From: Candidatus Dojkabacteria bacterium
Lineage (GTDB): Bacteria > Patescibacteriota > Dojkabacteria > JAFGLO01
Direction of reading: 5' to 3'
DNA length: 64,000 nucleotides
Assembly: GCA_016927995.1 (NCBI GenBank)
Contig: JAFGLO010000015.1
Coordinates: forward strand, 3,847 to 67,846
In this document: one piece after another, positions 18,790 to 28,893 of the stretch
How positions within the stretch are numbered: the first letter of the stretch is position 1
Layout: every line of letters begins with the position of its first letter
Notes under the pieces: generated by a model
What the model was told of the DNA's origin: nothing
What the model saw: the letters and a program-made list of their open reading frames with translations, nothing else
Databases searched by the model: none
Program-made: the position numbers and the translations under genes

Positions 18790-21693
18790 CTAAAGTTCCA
18801 AGACAACATCAGTATTAAATTCCGCTGAGTTTTTCTTTGTGTCGCCATCTGAAACTATTGTTACCGAATATACTGTATTGTAAATGCCCGGCTGTTTAAC
18901 AAGATAGAGCTTGGGATATGAAGATTGCGCATTGGAAAAATTAACCTTTATCGATCCGGTTGATTGAATACCAACGTCTATGTCCACGTATACGGTTGTT
19001 TCTGTTGCAGAGTTTATCACGTTATATGAAGTCGAGCCCGAAACGTTGGTAACAATTGTGTTTGCGGGAAACTGAATTCTTATGGAGGCTTGATAGTTAC
19101 CTTGCGGGTATATATTCTCAACAGACAGGTTCCGCCACTCTATTTGAGTTTCACCCGTTAAAATTGAGGACCTGGTGTCGAGTTTAACTTCAATACTTCT
19201 TGTTAAGAATGCATTTGCCTTGTTACCGCCATAATTCCATTCCGATGGATAGATGTAAAACCCGTCAGAATAGTTGGATATGGAATTGTTCCACGATAAA
19301 GCTGATAGCTTTTCTGAAATCAATGGATTGTCGACAGAAATTATAATGTTTTTTTCGTTTAGTTGAGTCTTAAAAAAGTCCAATATGGTAACAATACTGA
19401 TTGAATTATTTGTTACAAGTGCGTTATAGGCTTCCGAGGCTATTTCTGACAGAATGTCCGGTTTGGTGTCGGCTCCCGGAGTAAAAGAATTATGGTAATC
19501 GACTACCTGCAAGAGAAGGTTGCTGGAAGTAATTGGCTCGTTGATAGTGTCAATTTCGATTGGCCCGGTGATAGAAAGTAGGTCGGCAAGCAAAAACATG
19601 TTTATTGTTATTACACCATCAATTTTTTGACGTACATTCATTGCTTTCAACATTGTTTCCAGTTCGGCAGACATTTCTTCGTGATCAAGGTTCCAGTTTA
19701 CTTGGCTTGTAAGCCAGGTGGAGTCTTGATAAAGAAAATCCTTGGGGGGTGTAATAAAAAGACCTTCATTTTTTATTATTCCATCGAGATTGTAGATATT
19801 GTCAAACTTTAACACCTTTATTTGACCATGTTCAAATTCCAAAAGTCCGTAACCGGAAATCCAACCGCCCTGTGCCCTTAATTCGTAGGGATTTTCTAGC
19901 AGAATAATATATGTGGTTCGGTTATCAACACCTACAAGATCAGGAATAGAGGAAAGTAGTGAAAAGCTGCTTTCAATGTATTTTTCGTTTGAATCAATTA
20001 AGACTTTAATTTTATCAACCTCTTGCCCTAAAATCTTTGGAAAGACATCAGTGTTAACGGTTTTTATTATATTAGTCCCTTTGTAAAATTCTTCCTGAGA
20101 CCAGACCAGGTATTGTGAATTGTTTTCGATCTCCTTGAGTTCGAGTGAATACTCTTTTGATGTGTTAATCCTCTCATATTCAATTAGTTGGGGAATTTCG
20201 AGTTGCGATAAGTAATTTATTATTGGCGTTGCGCCCTTGTCCCAATATGAAATTCCTGTGGTTATGTGATCAATGCTTAGAAATAGTTTATCGAGTTCGT
20301 TATATGCAGGAGTTATATATGAAATTGATTTGCTCCAGGAGAGTCGCTCCCAGGCGCGTTGAAGACCGGTATTACTGGACTCTATTATCTTGAGCGTTTC
20401 TGCGTTTTGGGTTGTATCACTTCCTAAAAGACTTATTGCATAAGATTTAATGTTTTTTTGATATCTGTAGCCATTATAAAATAGGCTTGTAATCGGGAAA
20501 ACTAGAAAATAGAAGAGTAAAGCTACAACTGCTGATAATATCGTAAATAGTGCAATTTTTGCGGGATTGTTGACAAACATATTCCAGGACTGCTTTGCCG
20601 ACGTAATAAGATTTCTAAGTGGGGATGTGGATCTTTTAAGGGTTTCAAGTAATTTTCCAATGGGCGTAAGCTCCTCGATTTCAGAAGATTGAACCGAAGT
20701 GGGAACAGGTTTGGGAATAGAATCAACCTCTTTGGGGGTTTCCTGGAACCTAGCTATAAGTGGAGGTGCCTTTGCTATTCGTTTTTTCTCGGAAACGGAG
20801 TATAGGTAGTTCACCGTTTTTTCTATTGATTCATCGATATTAAATCGGATGTCGAATATCGTTGTGTTTTCCAGACTAAGGTCGGGTTTAAAAGATTCTT
20901 TCTTTGTTTTTATAAGCTTTGTAAATTCAATGTCCTGAATTACCGGATTGTACTCAATTACTTTATACGCAAAAGAAAGAAGCGAGACTTTCTCCTTTAT
21001 TGACATAAGTACGTTCTTTGAGTCTCCTGAAAAGTTTGACTTAACAAGTCCGTATACGTAGTCGGATGTATAAATACAGGAGTATGACTCAAGTCCATCT
21101 CCGGAAATTGATACTTTTTCTTCAATAATGGAGTCTATTAGCAGGTCTCTGAACGGTGTGGATACCGTAATATTCATGCCGGGACCGATAAGTTCACCGG
21201 TATATATCAACTTAACAAATTTATTTTTCTCGGTGACTTCATTTATTTTTTTTGTAATATTTGTGTAAAGATCCTTTATTGTATATTGACCTTCTGCTTT
21301 GGATTCGGTGGGGTATGTGTTGAGTGGAAATGTTATTGCAACTTTGGTTTTAGTGCTTTTGGCATATTCAAGGGTTGCTTGGAGTGTGTTTAAAATCTCA
21401 AGATATTTCTCGCTTTTAAGTACGCTTTCTCCGTCAATATGTTGGTCCAATAGTACAAATATATAATCGATTTTATTTATTACCGACTCAAGTTTCGAAA
21501 TTGCATCGAGAACTATGAACTTAAAAGACAGGTTGTTTCGGATATCTCTGAAGAGTTTGTGTTTATCTTTGTTGTAGATATCGGCAACAATTACGGACCC
21601 ATTTTCGGAAAGCAGTGTAGTTATAATATCCAAGGAGACAGGATAAGCTCCATAAACGACAAGTGTTGTACGTTTGTTATTCAGTCCTTTCAT
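18790..21693 (-). CDS. Degenerate NAD-dependent epimerase-like domain fused via a TM helix to a DUF4012-like extracellular domain
   Basis: ILLENPYELRAQGGWISGYG and GGNKANAF resemble DUF4012; N-terminus has ISGDG...YTSDYVYGL like extended SDRs. Confidence 0.7.
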   Translation of the reverse strand: MKGLNNKRTTLVVYGAYPVSLDIITTLLSENGSVIVADIYNKDKHKLFRDIRNNLSFKFIVLDAISKLESVINKIDYIFVLLDQHIDGESVLKSEKYLEILNTLQATLEYAKSTKTKVAITFPLNTYPTESKAEGQYTIKDLYTNITKKINEVTEKNKFVKLIYTGELIGPGMNITVSTPFRDLLIDSIIEEKVSISGDGLESYSCIYTSDYVYGLVKSNFSGDSKNVLMSIKEKVSLLSFAYKVIEYNPVIQDIEFTKLIKTKKESFKPDLSLENTTIFDIRFNIDESIEKTVNYLYSVSEKKRIAKAPPLIARFQETPKEVDSIPKPVPTSVQSSEIEELTPIGKLLETLKRSTSPLRNLITSAKQSWNMFVNNPAKIALFTILSAVVALLFYFLVFPITSLFYNGYRYQKNIKSYAISLLGSDTTQNAETLKIIESSNTGLQRAWERLSWSKSISYITPAYNELDKLFLSIDHITTGISYWDKGATPIINYLSQLEIPQLIEYERINTSKEYSLELKEIENNSQYLVWSQEEFYKGTNIIKTVNTDVFPKILGQEVDKIKVLIDSNEKYIESSFSLLSSIPDLVGVDNRTTYIILLENPYELRAQGGWISGYGLLEFEHGQIKVLKFDNIYNLDGIIKNEGLFITPPKDFLYQDSTWLTSQVNWNLDHEEMSAELETMLKAMNVRQKIDGVITINMFLLADLLSITGPIEIDTINEPITSSNLLLQVVDYHNSFTPGADTKPDILSEIASEAYNALVTNNSISIVTILDFFKTQLNEKNIIISVDNPLISEKLSALSWNNSISNYSDGFYIYPSEWNYGGNKANAFLTRSIEVKLDTRSSILTGETQIEWRNLSVENIYPQGNYQASIRIQFPANTIVTNVSGSTSYNVINSATETTVYVDIDVGIQSTGSIKVNFSNAQSSYPKLYLVKQPGIYNTVYSVTIVSDGDTKKNSAEFNTDVVLEL

Positions 21694-22378
21694 ATTTTAC
21701 TGGAATTTTCATTAATTGAACGGTTATTGTTATCTTACGTTTGTCTTTCATTACTATCTGTACACTGGTATCTTCGTAGCCATTGGATCTAAAAGTAAGT
21801 GTGTGTCCTCCTGCACTAAGCTCCCCTGTGAAGATTGGTGTCTCGCCAAGTGTAATTCCGTCTATTATTGTAAGTGTATTTGACGAATTGGAAAACACAA
21901 AAAGACTAAGATTGGAGTAGGGTTCCTCGAGATATTTTAAGACTTCAGTGACTTCTTCCGTTGGTCCCAGCTTTATATTTACTGTAAGCGCCGACTTGTT
22001 GGGCATATCAATGGTTTCGTTGTGTATTGCATAAAACTCGGAATATTCACCTGTCTTTTTAATTTGGATTTTGTGTGTTCCGCAGACGACTTTGTATGTT
22101 GCAAGTGGGGTTGTTCCAATTTCTTCGTCGTCAAGAAGAACAAGCCCGATTCCGTTTGAGATATTTACCGAAATACTACAGTTCTTTTGCTCACTAACAT
22201 AGGGGATAAGCCCAATAATTGATCTAAAGTCTATTTTGTATGCAATAAAGGTTATCAAGATTACGGCAATTACCAGAATTAGCGGAGCAATAAATTTTAT
22301 GGATGAATACTTTTTGTTGCCCGGTCCGCGATCGATCTCTTTTACTTTTCTTTTGTAAAGCTGTTTAAGGTTACTCAT
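21677..22378 (-). CDS. PEGA domain membrane protein
   Basis: One TM; two repeats LDDEEIGTTPL..GTHKIQIKK and IDGITLGETP..GGHTLTFRSNGY; start moved to 22378. Confidence 0.8.
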   Translation of the reverse strand: MSNLKQLYKRKVKEIDRGPGNKKYSSIKFIAPLILVIAVILITFIAYKIDFRSIIGLIPYVSEQKNCSISVNISNGIGLVLLDDEEIGTTPLATYKVVCGTHKIQIKKTGEYSEFYAIHNETIDMPNKSALTVNIKLGPTEEVTEVLKYLEEPYSNLSLFVFSNSSNTLTIIDGITLGETPIFTGELSAGGHTLTFRSNGYEDTSVQIVMKDKRKITITVQLMKIPVKYERTE

Positions 22379-22518
22379 GGCAGTAGTGGTATATAAGTAT
22401 TTTATTATACAGCAAAAGATTCTTCTTATGTAGATATGGGTATAGACTTTCCTTGCATAAGAATACGAACATAATGGCGATTTGATATAATATCTCATTA
22501 TACTTATATCTTATTGGC

Positions 22519-24297
22519 ATGGATATCTCTAAAATACGCAATTTTTGCATAATAGCACATATTGATCACGGAAAATCCACACTGGCAGACAGGTTTTTGG
22601 AATTTGCCAGCGGTAAAAAACTTAAAATGGGACAGGAGCGGGTTTTAGATACTTTGGATATTGAACAAGAACGTGGAATTACAATTAAAATGCAGAGTGC
22701 AAGGCTTAACTGGGATGGATACATTCTAAATCTTATTGATACTCCGGGGCATGTTGACTTTAGTTTTGAAGTAAGTCGTTCTGTTGTGGCAAGTGAAGGT
22801 GCATTACTTTTGGTCGATGCAAAGCAGGGAATTCAGGCTCAAACCATTACAAATGCTAAGCTTGCACAAAAATATGGACTTGAAATTATTCCTGTAATTA
22901 GCAAGATCGATATAGAGGGAGTTGATATAGAGCGTCGTAAAAAAGAGATGCAGGCAATGTTAGGATTTAAATTGGGTGATATTTTTCTTGCCTCGGGCAA
23001 AACCGGTCAAGGTGCAAAAGAGTTGCTCGATGCGATAACAACATTTGTACCATCGCCGGAAGCCAGATCCACAAAGGAGCTCCAGGCCCTTGTGTTTGAC
23101 TCGTTTTATGATGAACACAAAGGGATTATACTTTTGCTTCGTGTGTTTGGAGGTAGTATAACAAAGGGACAGAAACTATTTGTTTCCGGCAGACCGTTTG
23201 TCGCAGGTGAAGTTGGTTATATAACTCCGGCGTTTATTCCTCAGCAAGTGCTTGGTGCCGGAGAAGTAGGGTATGTTGAAACCGGTGTAAAAGACGTACA
23301 TTACATATCTGTCGGAGAAACGGTTACGGAATCGCCTGATACCAAGCCAATTTACAGTTACCAGAAGCCTGTGCCGCGTATTTTTGCTTCTGTTTTTCCA
23401 ATCGAAAGTTCAGAATATGTTCAACTTGAAAAGTCTATAGACAAGTTAACGCTTAGCGATCCATCACTAAGTATTGTTCCGCAGCGATCCGAATTTTTAG
23501 GAACTGGGTTTAGAATAGGTTTTTTGGGGCTTTTACATATGGATGTTTTCCAGGAACGGCTGGAACGTGAGTTTAATTCAGCACTTATTGTTACTAGTCC
23601 GAGCGTAAAATACAAAGCTTATACAAATACGGGAGAGGTATTTAATATTGAGACGCCATCGGATTTTCCTGACCCTGCTAACATTAAGTATTTTGAAGAG
23701 CCCTTTGTTGATATGGAGATTTTAACTCCGGTTGAATACATGAGTGCAATTATGGATCTTTGCCAAAACTGTCGAGCCGAATACATCGAAACCCAGATGG
23801 GCGAAAATTTGTATGAACTTGATTTTATTGAGCTAACGTATAAGATGCCATTAGCCGAAGTAGTATCGGGTTTCTTTGATAAGCTTAAGTCGGTCTCCCG
23901 TGGATTTGCCTCAATGGATTATTCAGGAGAATTTTATCGAAAGGTACAGCTTTCTAAAGTAAGTATACTGGTGAAGCAAAACGAAGTACACGCACTTTCG
24001 TTTATAAGTGTTTCGGACAGGGCTCGGACAAAAGCGGTATCATTACTCTCGATTCTTAAGGATACCATTCCGCGTCACCAGTTTGAGATACCTTTACAGG
24101 CTGCCATAGGTGGAACAATAATTGCGAGAGAAACAGTTCAAGCCTTCAGGAAAGATGTGCTCCACAAATTGCATGCATCTGATCCGGGTAGGCGGATGAA
24201 ACTTCTCGAAAATCAAAAGAAAGGTAAAGCCCGAATGAAGGAAGTCGGCAATGTAAATATTCCTCAGGAAGCATTTCTAGCCGTTCTAAAATCATGA
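22519..24297 (+). CDS. lepA: Elongation factor 4
   Basis: IRNFCIIAHIDHGKSTLADR, LIDTPGHVDF, GFLGLLHMDV..ERLEREF. Confidence 0.97.
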   Translation: MDISKIRNFCIIAHIDHGKSTLADRFLEFASGKKLKMGQERVLDTLDIEQERGITIKMQSARLNWDGYILNLIDTPGHVDFSFEVSRSVVASEGALLLVDAKQGIQAQTITNAKLAQKYGLEIIPVISKIDIEGVDIERRKKEMQAMLGFKLGDIFLASGKTGQGAKELLDAITTFVPSPEARSTKELQALVFDSFYDEHKGIILLLRVFGGSITKGQKLFVSGRPFVAGEVGYITPAFIPQQVLGAGEVGYVETGVKDVHYISVGETVTESPDTKPIYSYQKPVPRIFASVFPIESSEYVQLEKSIDKLTLSDPSLSIVPQRSEFLGTGFRIGFLGLLHMDVFQERLEREFNSALIVTSPSVKYKAYTNTGEVFNIETPSDFPDPANIKYFEEPFVDMEILTPVEYMSAIMDLCQNCRAEYIETQMGENLYELDFIELTYKMPLAEVVSGFFDKLKSVSRGFASMDYSGEFYRKVQLSKVSILVKQNEVHALSFISVSDRARTKAVSLLSILKDTIPRHQFEIPLQAAIGGTIIARETVQAFRKDVLHKLHASDPGRRMKLLENQKKGKARMKEVGNVNIPQEAFLAVLKS

Positions 24298-25343
24298 AAT
24301 TAAAAAGGCTTAAGCTCATACAATTTGGCAAGTTTCAAAAGAAAATCTTAGAATTTAATGACATAACTATTATCGTTGGACCTAATGCTAGCGGCAAAAC
24401 GACAATACTTGATGGTGTATCATTTTTGTCAGATGTTACCGAGAAAAAACTTGATCTTTACAAGCGGATTGAAACCTTGGAAATAACATCGGTTTCAGGT
24501 GATGTTGTTTTTAATAAGGAGCCGGTTTCGTTTGCAATAAAAGCTGCGATTTCTGAAAGAGGTAACGGGCTTTCGAAGGTTTACTTTTTGAATAAAATTA
24601 AAACACCTAAAGTCCAAATAAACCCCTTTCCGGCAGCGGTTAAGTTTAATCCGGAGATTGTCTCTTTGTTTCATGTGGATCCTTCCGTAAGAAGACAGTT
24701 TGTGCTTGGGTATCTTAAAACCCTTGATCCGGATTTTGTACACGAATGGTCGAGATATAAAGCAATTGTTCGAAATAGAAATCTACTTATAAAACGGCTT
24801 TCGGAAGGTTTAGACGTTAAAACACAGATAGATTTTTGGTCAGAAAAAATTGTTCCGGCAGGGATAACGCTTATTGAAAAAATCGGTTACTGGACATCCG
24901 AAATTAAGAATAAACTTAAAGAATCGAAGATTAGTCTTGAGCTTGATTTGAGTATCTGCTCTATTGATGAATTTAAAAATCATATAGAAAACAACTTTAA
25001 TATGGACAAGGAGCGTGGCTATACCTTAGTTTCTCCGCACACGTTTGATTTCGACATAAAGTTTAACGGACTTTCCGTGCAAGAGTATGGTTCACGAGGT
25101 CAAACAAAGCTTGCCATAGTTCATGTTATAAAGGCATTATGTGAGCTTTACCACGAAATCTTTGATGACTATCCCATTTTGCTTCTCGATGACATTGAGT
25201 CGGAGCTTGATGACAAGAGTCTTGCAATTATAAACGAACTGCTTTCAGAGAAGGAACAGCAAAAAATAATTACAATGCTTGCAGGTAGGTCCAGTCAGCT
25301 TTTTGCCGATAAAGATATTTTAAAAATAAATATTAATGAATAA
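24294..25343 (+). CDS. recF: DNA replication and repair protein RecF
   Basis: Walker A GPNASGKT, PSVRRQF, YGSRGQ, LLLDDIESELD. Confidence 0.85.
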   Translation: MKLKRLKLIQFGKFQKKILEFNDITIIVGPNASGKTTILDGVSFLSDVTEKKLDLYKRIETLEITSVSGDVVFNKEPVSFAIKAAISERGNGLSKVYFLNKIKTPKVQINPFPAAVKFNPEIVSLFHVDPSVRRQFVLGYLKTLDPDFVHEWSRYKAIVRNRNLLIKRLSEGLDVKTQIDFWSEKIVPAGITLIEKIGYWTSEIKNKLKESKISLELDLSICSIDEFKNHIENNFNMDKERGYTLVSPHTFDFDIKFNGLSVQEYGSRGQTKLAIVHVIKALCELYHEIFDDYPILLLDDIESELDDKSLAIINELLSEKEQQKIITMLAGRSSQLFADKDILKININE

Positions 25344-26103
25344 GGTGATCTTTATTTACGGACCAAGCCTTACCGGTAAAACTACACTTGCCGTGAAAAT
25401 CGCAAAGTATCTCTTTGGGAAATATGATATAGATTCGACACTTGTTTCGGCCGACTCTCGAAAAGTGTATAAAAACATGAATGTTGTGCAGTCATACATT
25501 TTCCCGTCGGTCAAAGAAAAAATAGATGTACATTTGGTTGAATTTTGTGACCTTTCAGAGGAGTTTACGCTTGACATGTTTCTTGTGTCCGCCCGAGAGA
25601 TAATTAAAAGTGCGCATGCTTCAGGTAAATTGCCAATTGTTTTTGGTGGAAACGGTATATACATTAAGGCACTTATTGAGGGGTGGGTTACATCCGAAAC
25701 GTTAAGTGAACGAACAAAGCAAACTCCGGAGTTTGAATCGATACTATTTTCTCCCGTGTTTCAAAAGGAATCTTTACTAAAGCGAATGGATGGTTGGGCT
25801 AAGCACCTCGTAAAAAACGGATTGATAGAAGAGTACGAAAAGTTAATCAAAACCTGTGCTAGAAATGGATTTTGCGCCTTACGAACAACATTGGGATATA
25901 AGCAGGTAGATGAGGTTAAAAATCGATTTAGAACAATTGACAAGGTTAAATTTGTAAAATATCTAGCTAAAGAGCTTAGGCTTTTCGTGAAGAAGCAGAT
26001 TAAGTTTTATGCAAACTTGCCTGACTTCGCGGAAATCACCCTGGATAATTATAAGGACGTCATAGATCTTCTTTTCCAGTCGAAACGAACGAAAGTACCT
26101 TAA
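25336..26103 (+). CDS. miaA: Isopentenyl transferase family protein (short MiaA-like)
   Basis: GPSLTGKT, SADSRKVY, PIVFGGNGIYIKAL, GLIEE, LGYKQ; central domain missing. Confidence 0.7.
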   Translation: MNKVIFIYGPSLTGKTTLAVKIAKYLFGKYDIDSTLVSADSRKVYKNMNVVQSYIFPSVKEKIDVHLVEFCDLSEEFTLDMFLVSAREIIKSAHASGKLPIVFGGNGIYIKALIEGWVTSETLSERTKQTPEFESILFSPVFQKESLLKRMDGWAKHLVKNGLIEEYEKLIKTCARNGFCALRTTLGYKQVDEVKNRFRTIDKVKFVKYLAKELRLFVKKQIKFYANLPDFAEITLDNYKDVIDLLFQSKRTKVP

Positions 26104-26896
26104 GACGGGTGTTTCGTGGGTATGTTTCAATAACGTGGTTATTATAAAAATATAGACTTTTGTGATGTTTTGCGAAGCTTTTTTGCTGAATATATTTCGC
26201 AATGGGTTCAAGGACCCATATTGCAGGAAGCAAAGGAAGTGTAAAAAGGTTTCTGAAAAGTTCCCCTAAAGAAGTTTTTCTGGAGCTGTTGCCTATTGTC
26301 AATTTGCCGTAAATAAAGTCTTCAAGCCAACTGTTCGAAGAAATCAGGTCTTGATAAGTATTCTTTCCGTAAAGTGGTGTAATTGACAAAAGCTGAAATG
26401 CTGAAAATATGTCTTTGTTTCTTAGTACTAGGTTGTTATCAGCCAAATAGGTATTTATACAAAGCAGGTTGTTTTCCTTTCCCTTGGGTGTTGTTGAGAC
26501 ACGTCTTACTCTTAAGAATCGATAGATTAGGTGATCCAATATCCGTGTCAGCCAGAGTGCTTTTGGATCTGTAATAATAATTACGTCGATGTCATCATCC
26601 GGAGCAGGTGTTTTTGCGGCAACCGACCCCGAAAGTGCAATCATTTTTACAAAAGGAAATAGCCAGAGTAAAAACAGGAGTCGTTTTGCAATTTTAACTT
26701 TTGTTTTTGTAAGTTCAGGTAAATTCGACGGCAGGGTAGTTTCATTTAAAACTATATACCCATTAATAAGTTTATGAGTTTTAGGAATGGCGGATTTGGG
26801 GGCATTAATTAGTTTTACAAACGAGTAGGATAATGGTTTTTTGAAGTACTCGGAGATTCTAAGGTAACGGGTAAGTAAGTTTTTGTGTATGCTCAT
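26060..26896 (-). CDS. Pol-beta-type nucleotidyltransferase domain protein
   Basis: ALSGSVA...DDDIDVIII motif; start moved to ATG 26896. Confidence 0.7.
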   Translation of the reverse strand: MSIHKNLLTRYLRISEYFKKPLSYSFVKLINAPKSAIPKTHKLINGYIVLNETTLPSNLPELTKTKVKIAKRLLFLLWLFPFVKMIALSGSVAAKTPAPDDDIDVIIITDPKALWLTRILDHLIYRFLRVRRVSTTPKGKENNLLCINTYLADNNLVLRNKDIFSAFQLLSITPLYGKNTYQDLISSNSWLEDFIYGKLTIGNSSRKTSLGELFRNLFTLPLLPAIWVLEPIAKYIQQKSFAKHHKSLYFYNNHVIETYPRNTRLKVLSFVSTGKEDL

Positions 26897-26950
26897 TTTC
26901 TTTGAAAGTCCTCTATGATATACTGAAATCATAACATAAATAAGGCGTAA

Positions 26951-27775
26951 GTGGCACAAAAACAACACGTTATCCCTCATAACATAGTGGATGTAGATTT
27001 TAAGCTGTTTGGGGTAATGAACCTTAAACAGTTTATATATGTTGCAATTGGCGGTGTTTTAACATATATAACATTTTTGATGGTAAAAGAAGGCTCGATT
27101 CCTGCAATAATTGGCTGGCCTGCCATGGTAGTATTTGTTGTGTTTGGGCTTTCATTTGGGTTACTTCCGGTTAGGGGTAGGTCACTTGATCAGTGGGTCT
27201 TAAGCTATATTGCAGCTGTTCGTAGTCCTACTAAACGTGCCTGGATGAAAAAAGGTATAACACCTGCCGCAATTCCTTCGACAATTCCTATTGAGCAGTT
27301 AAAACCTATGCAGGTAAAACTTGGTACCCAGTCGACTGTTGGTCAAATAATCGGCGGACTGCACATCCCAACTCCTGAGGTTGACGTAAAACAGGTAAGC
27401 TTGCTTAAAGAGCCTGATTCAACCCAGTCCGTATCAATTAAAGAAGGTAGGCAGACATTGCTTTCACCAATGCATGGAACTTCCGGCACAGAAGCACAAC
27501 CCGCACAGCCGATTGTGGAACCTGGTGCAGCTCAACGTTCCGCACCAACAATAATGCAGCCCCAAGAAGAATATCAGCAAGCAAGATATGAAATGATGAG
27601 TTCGTTGCCAGCCGAACAGATACAACCTCAAAAAGTGCAGCCCCAGCAAATTCAACCGACTCAGATACAGCAACCCGGACAGATACCACTTGAGCAGATA
27701 CCCACGGATCAATCACAGCAACCTAAGCAAGGAGAATTAACTCAACAACCATATTCAACGGTAAATCCAACTTAA
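26951..27775 (+). CDS. PrgI family membrane protein (T4SS-associated) with Q/P-rich tail
   Basis: HVIPHNI..VDFKLFGVMNLKQF, two TMs, GRSLDQW...SPTKRAW. Confidence 0.8.
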   Translation: MAQKQHVIPHNIVDVDFKLFGVMNLKQFIYVAIGGVLTYITFLMVKEGSIPAIIGWPAMVVFVVFGLSFGLLPVRGRSLDQWVLSYIAAVRSPTKRAWMKKGITPAAIPSTIPIEQLKPMQVKLGTQSTVGQIIGGLHIPTPEVDVKQVSLLKEPDSTQSVSIKEGRQTLLSPMHGTSGTEAQPAQPIVEPGAAQRSAPTIMQPQEEYQQARYEMMSSLPAEQIQPQKVQPQQIQPTQIQQPGQIPLEQIPTDQSQQPKQGELTQQPYSTVNPT

Positions 27776-27790
27776 TTATTTTAAACTGCC

Positions 27791-28267
27791 ATGACGGAAG
27801 TGGAACTGCAGCAACTAACTGCGCAGAACCAAAACTTAATAGACGAAAATGCAAGGCTTAGAAAAACCATAGATGAGCTTAATCTTAAAGTCCAGGAATT
27901 AAGTTCTAAGCTTGGTGTTGGGAAAGAACAACCTGTCCAGTCCGACAGAATCACTATAAATCCACAAACAGTAAAGGATTATAGGATTGATATTATGGGA
28001 GTTGTTCCTCGTGAAAATACTGTAAATTTTGTTGTTAAGGACAGGGAAGGGCTTTTAGTTCCAGACGTTGTATGTATAATAAAAGACTCTTCGGGGCGAC
28101 CAACAAGGGCCGCCAAAAGTAACCAATTGGGGCAAGTTTTATTTACAAGCCCAATGCCAACCGGAAATTATACACTTGAGCTTACCAAGTCGGGATATGC
28201 ATTTCCCTTGTGTGAACTCGAATTAAATGGTAGAGTGCTTGGTTCATTTGAGATTAGGGCTATATAA
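27791..28267 (+). CDS. Coiled coil plus carboxypeptidase-regulatory-like beta domain
   Basis: VKDREG...IKDSSGRPTRAAKSNQLGQ...GNYTL; in the prgI-virB4 operon. Confidence 0.65.
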   Translation: MTEVELQQLTAQNQNLIDENARLRKTIDELNLKVQELSSKLGVGKEQPVQSDRITINPQTVKDYRIDIMGVVPRENTVNFVVKDREGLLVPDVVCIIKDSSGRPTRAAKSNQLGQVLFTSPMPTGNYTLELTKSGYAFPLCELELNGRVLGSFEIRAI

Positions 28268-28891
28268 ATGGCACAATCTGTAAATCCAAATAAACAACCG
28301 ATTTTCGATTCAACGCAGGATCATCTTGATATCGTTGAAGTGATAGACGATATGTTACTGCTTCGAGGAAATAAAGTTGCGGTTGTGATTCAAACAACGG
28401 CAGTAAACTTTGATCTTTTGTCAGACGAAGAGCAAGATTCCAGAATTATGGCTTTTGCAAGCCTCTTAAACTCGGTAACATATCCGTTGCAAATTGTTGT
28501 GAGGACAAAGAAGGTTGATATATCAAACTATCTTACTTACCTTAGAAACTACTTGACCCAACCAATGTCGGAAGGTCGAAGAACCCAAATGCAAATATAT
28601 TTAAACTTTATCCAAAACCTAATAGTAAAAAACGAAATCTTAGACAAGCAGTTTTATGTTGTTGTATCATATTCAACCGTGCAGCTTGGAAACGTTAATC
28701 CATTAAAGCTTCTAAAACGAGATAAACAACCCGCACCGACAATTGCAAACGATCTTTTAATAGAGCAGGCCAAAGCGAATTTATATCCTAAGCGAGATCA
28801 TATAATTCGCCAACTTATTAATATGGGAGTTAAGGGATATCAACTAACGGGTGATCAACTAAAGGACGTTTTTTATAATATCTATAATTAA
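28268..28891 (+). CDS. T4SS-associated protein (TraC/VirB4 N-terminal-like)
   Basis: STQDHLDI, AVNFDLLSDEEQD, LLNSVTYPLQIVV, FYVVV; directly before virB4. Confidence 0.7.
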   Translation: MAQSVNPNKQPIFDSTQDHLDIVEVIDDMLLLRGNKVAVVIQTTAVNFDLLSDEEQDSRIMAFASLLNSVTYPLQIVVRTKKVDISNYLTYLRNYLTQPMSEGRRTQMQIYLNFIQNLIVKNEILDKQFYVVVSYSTVQLGNVNPLKLLKRDKQPAPTIANDLLIEQAKANLYPKRDHIIRQLINMGVKGYQLTGDQLKDVFYNIYN

Positions 28892-28893
28892 AA

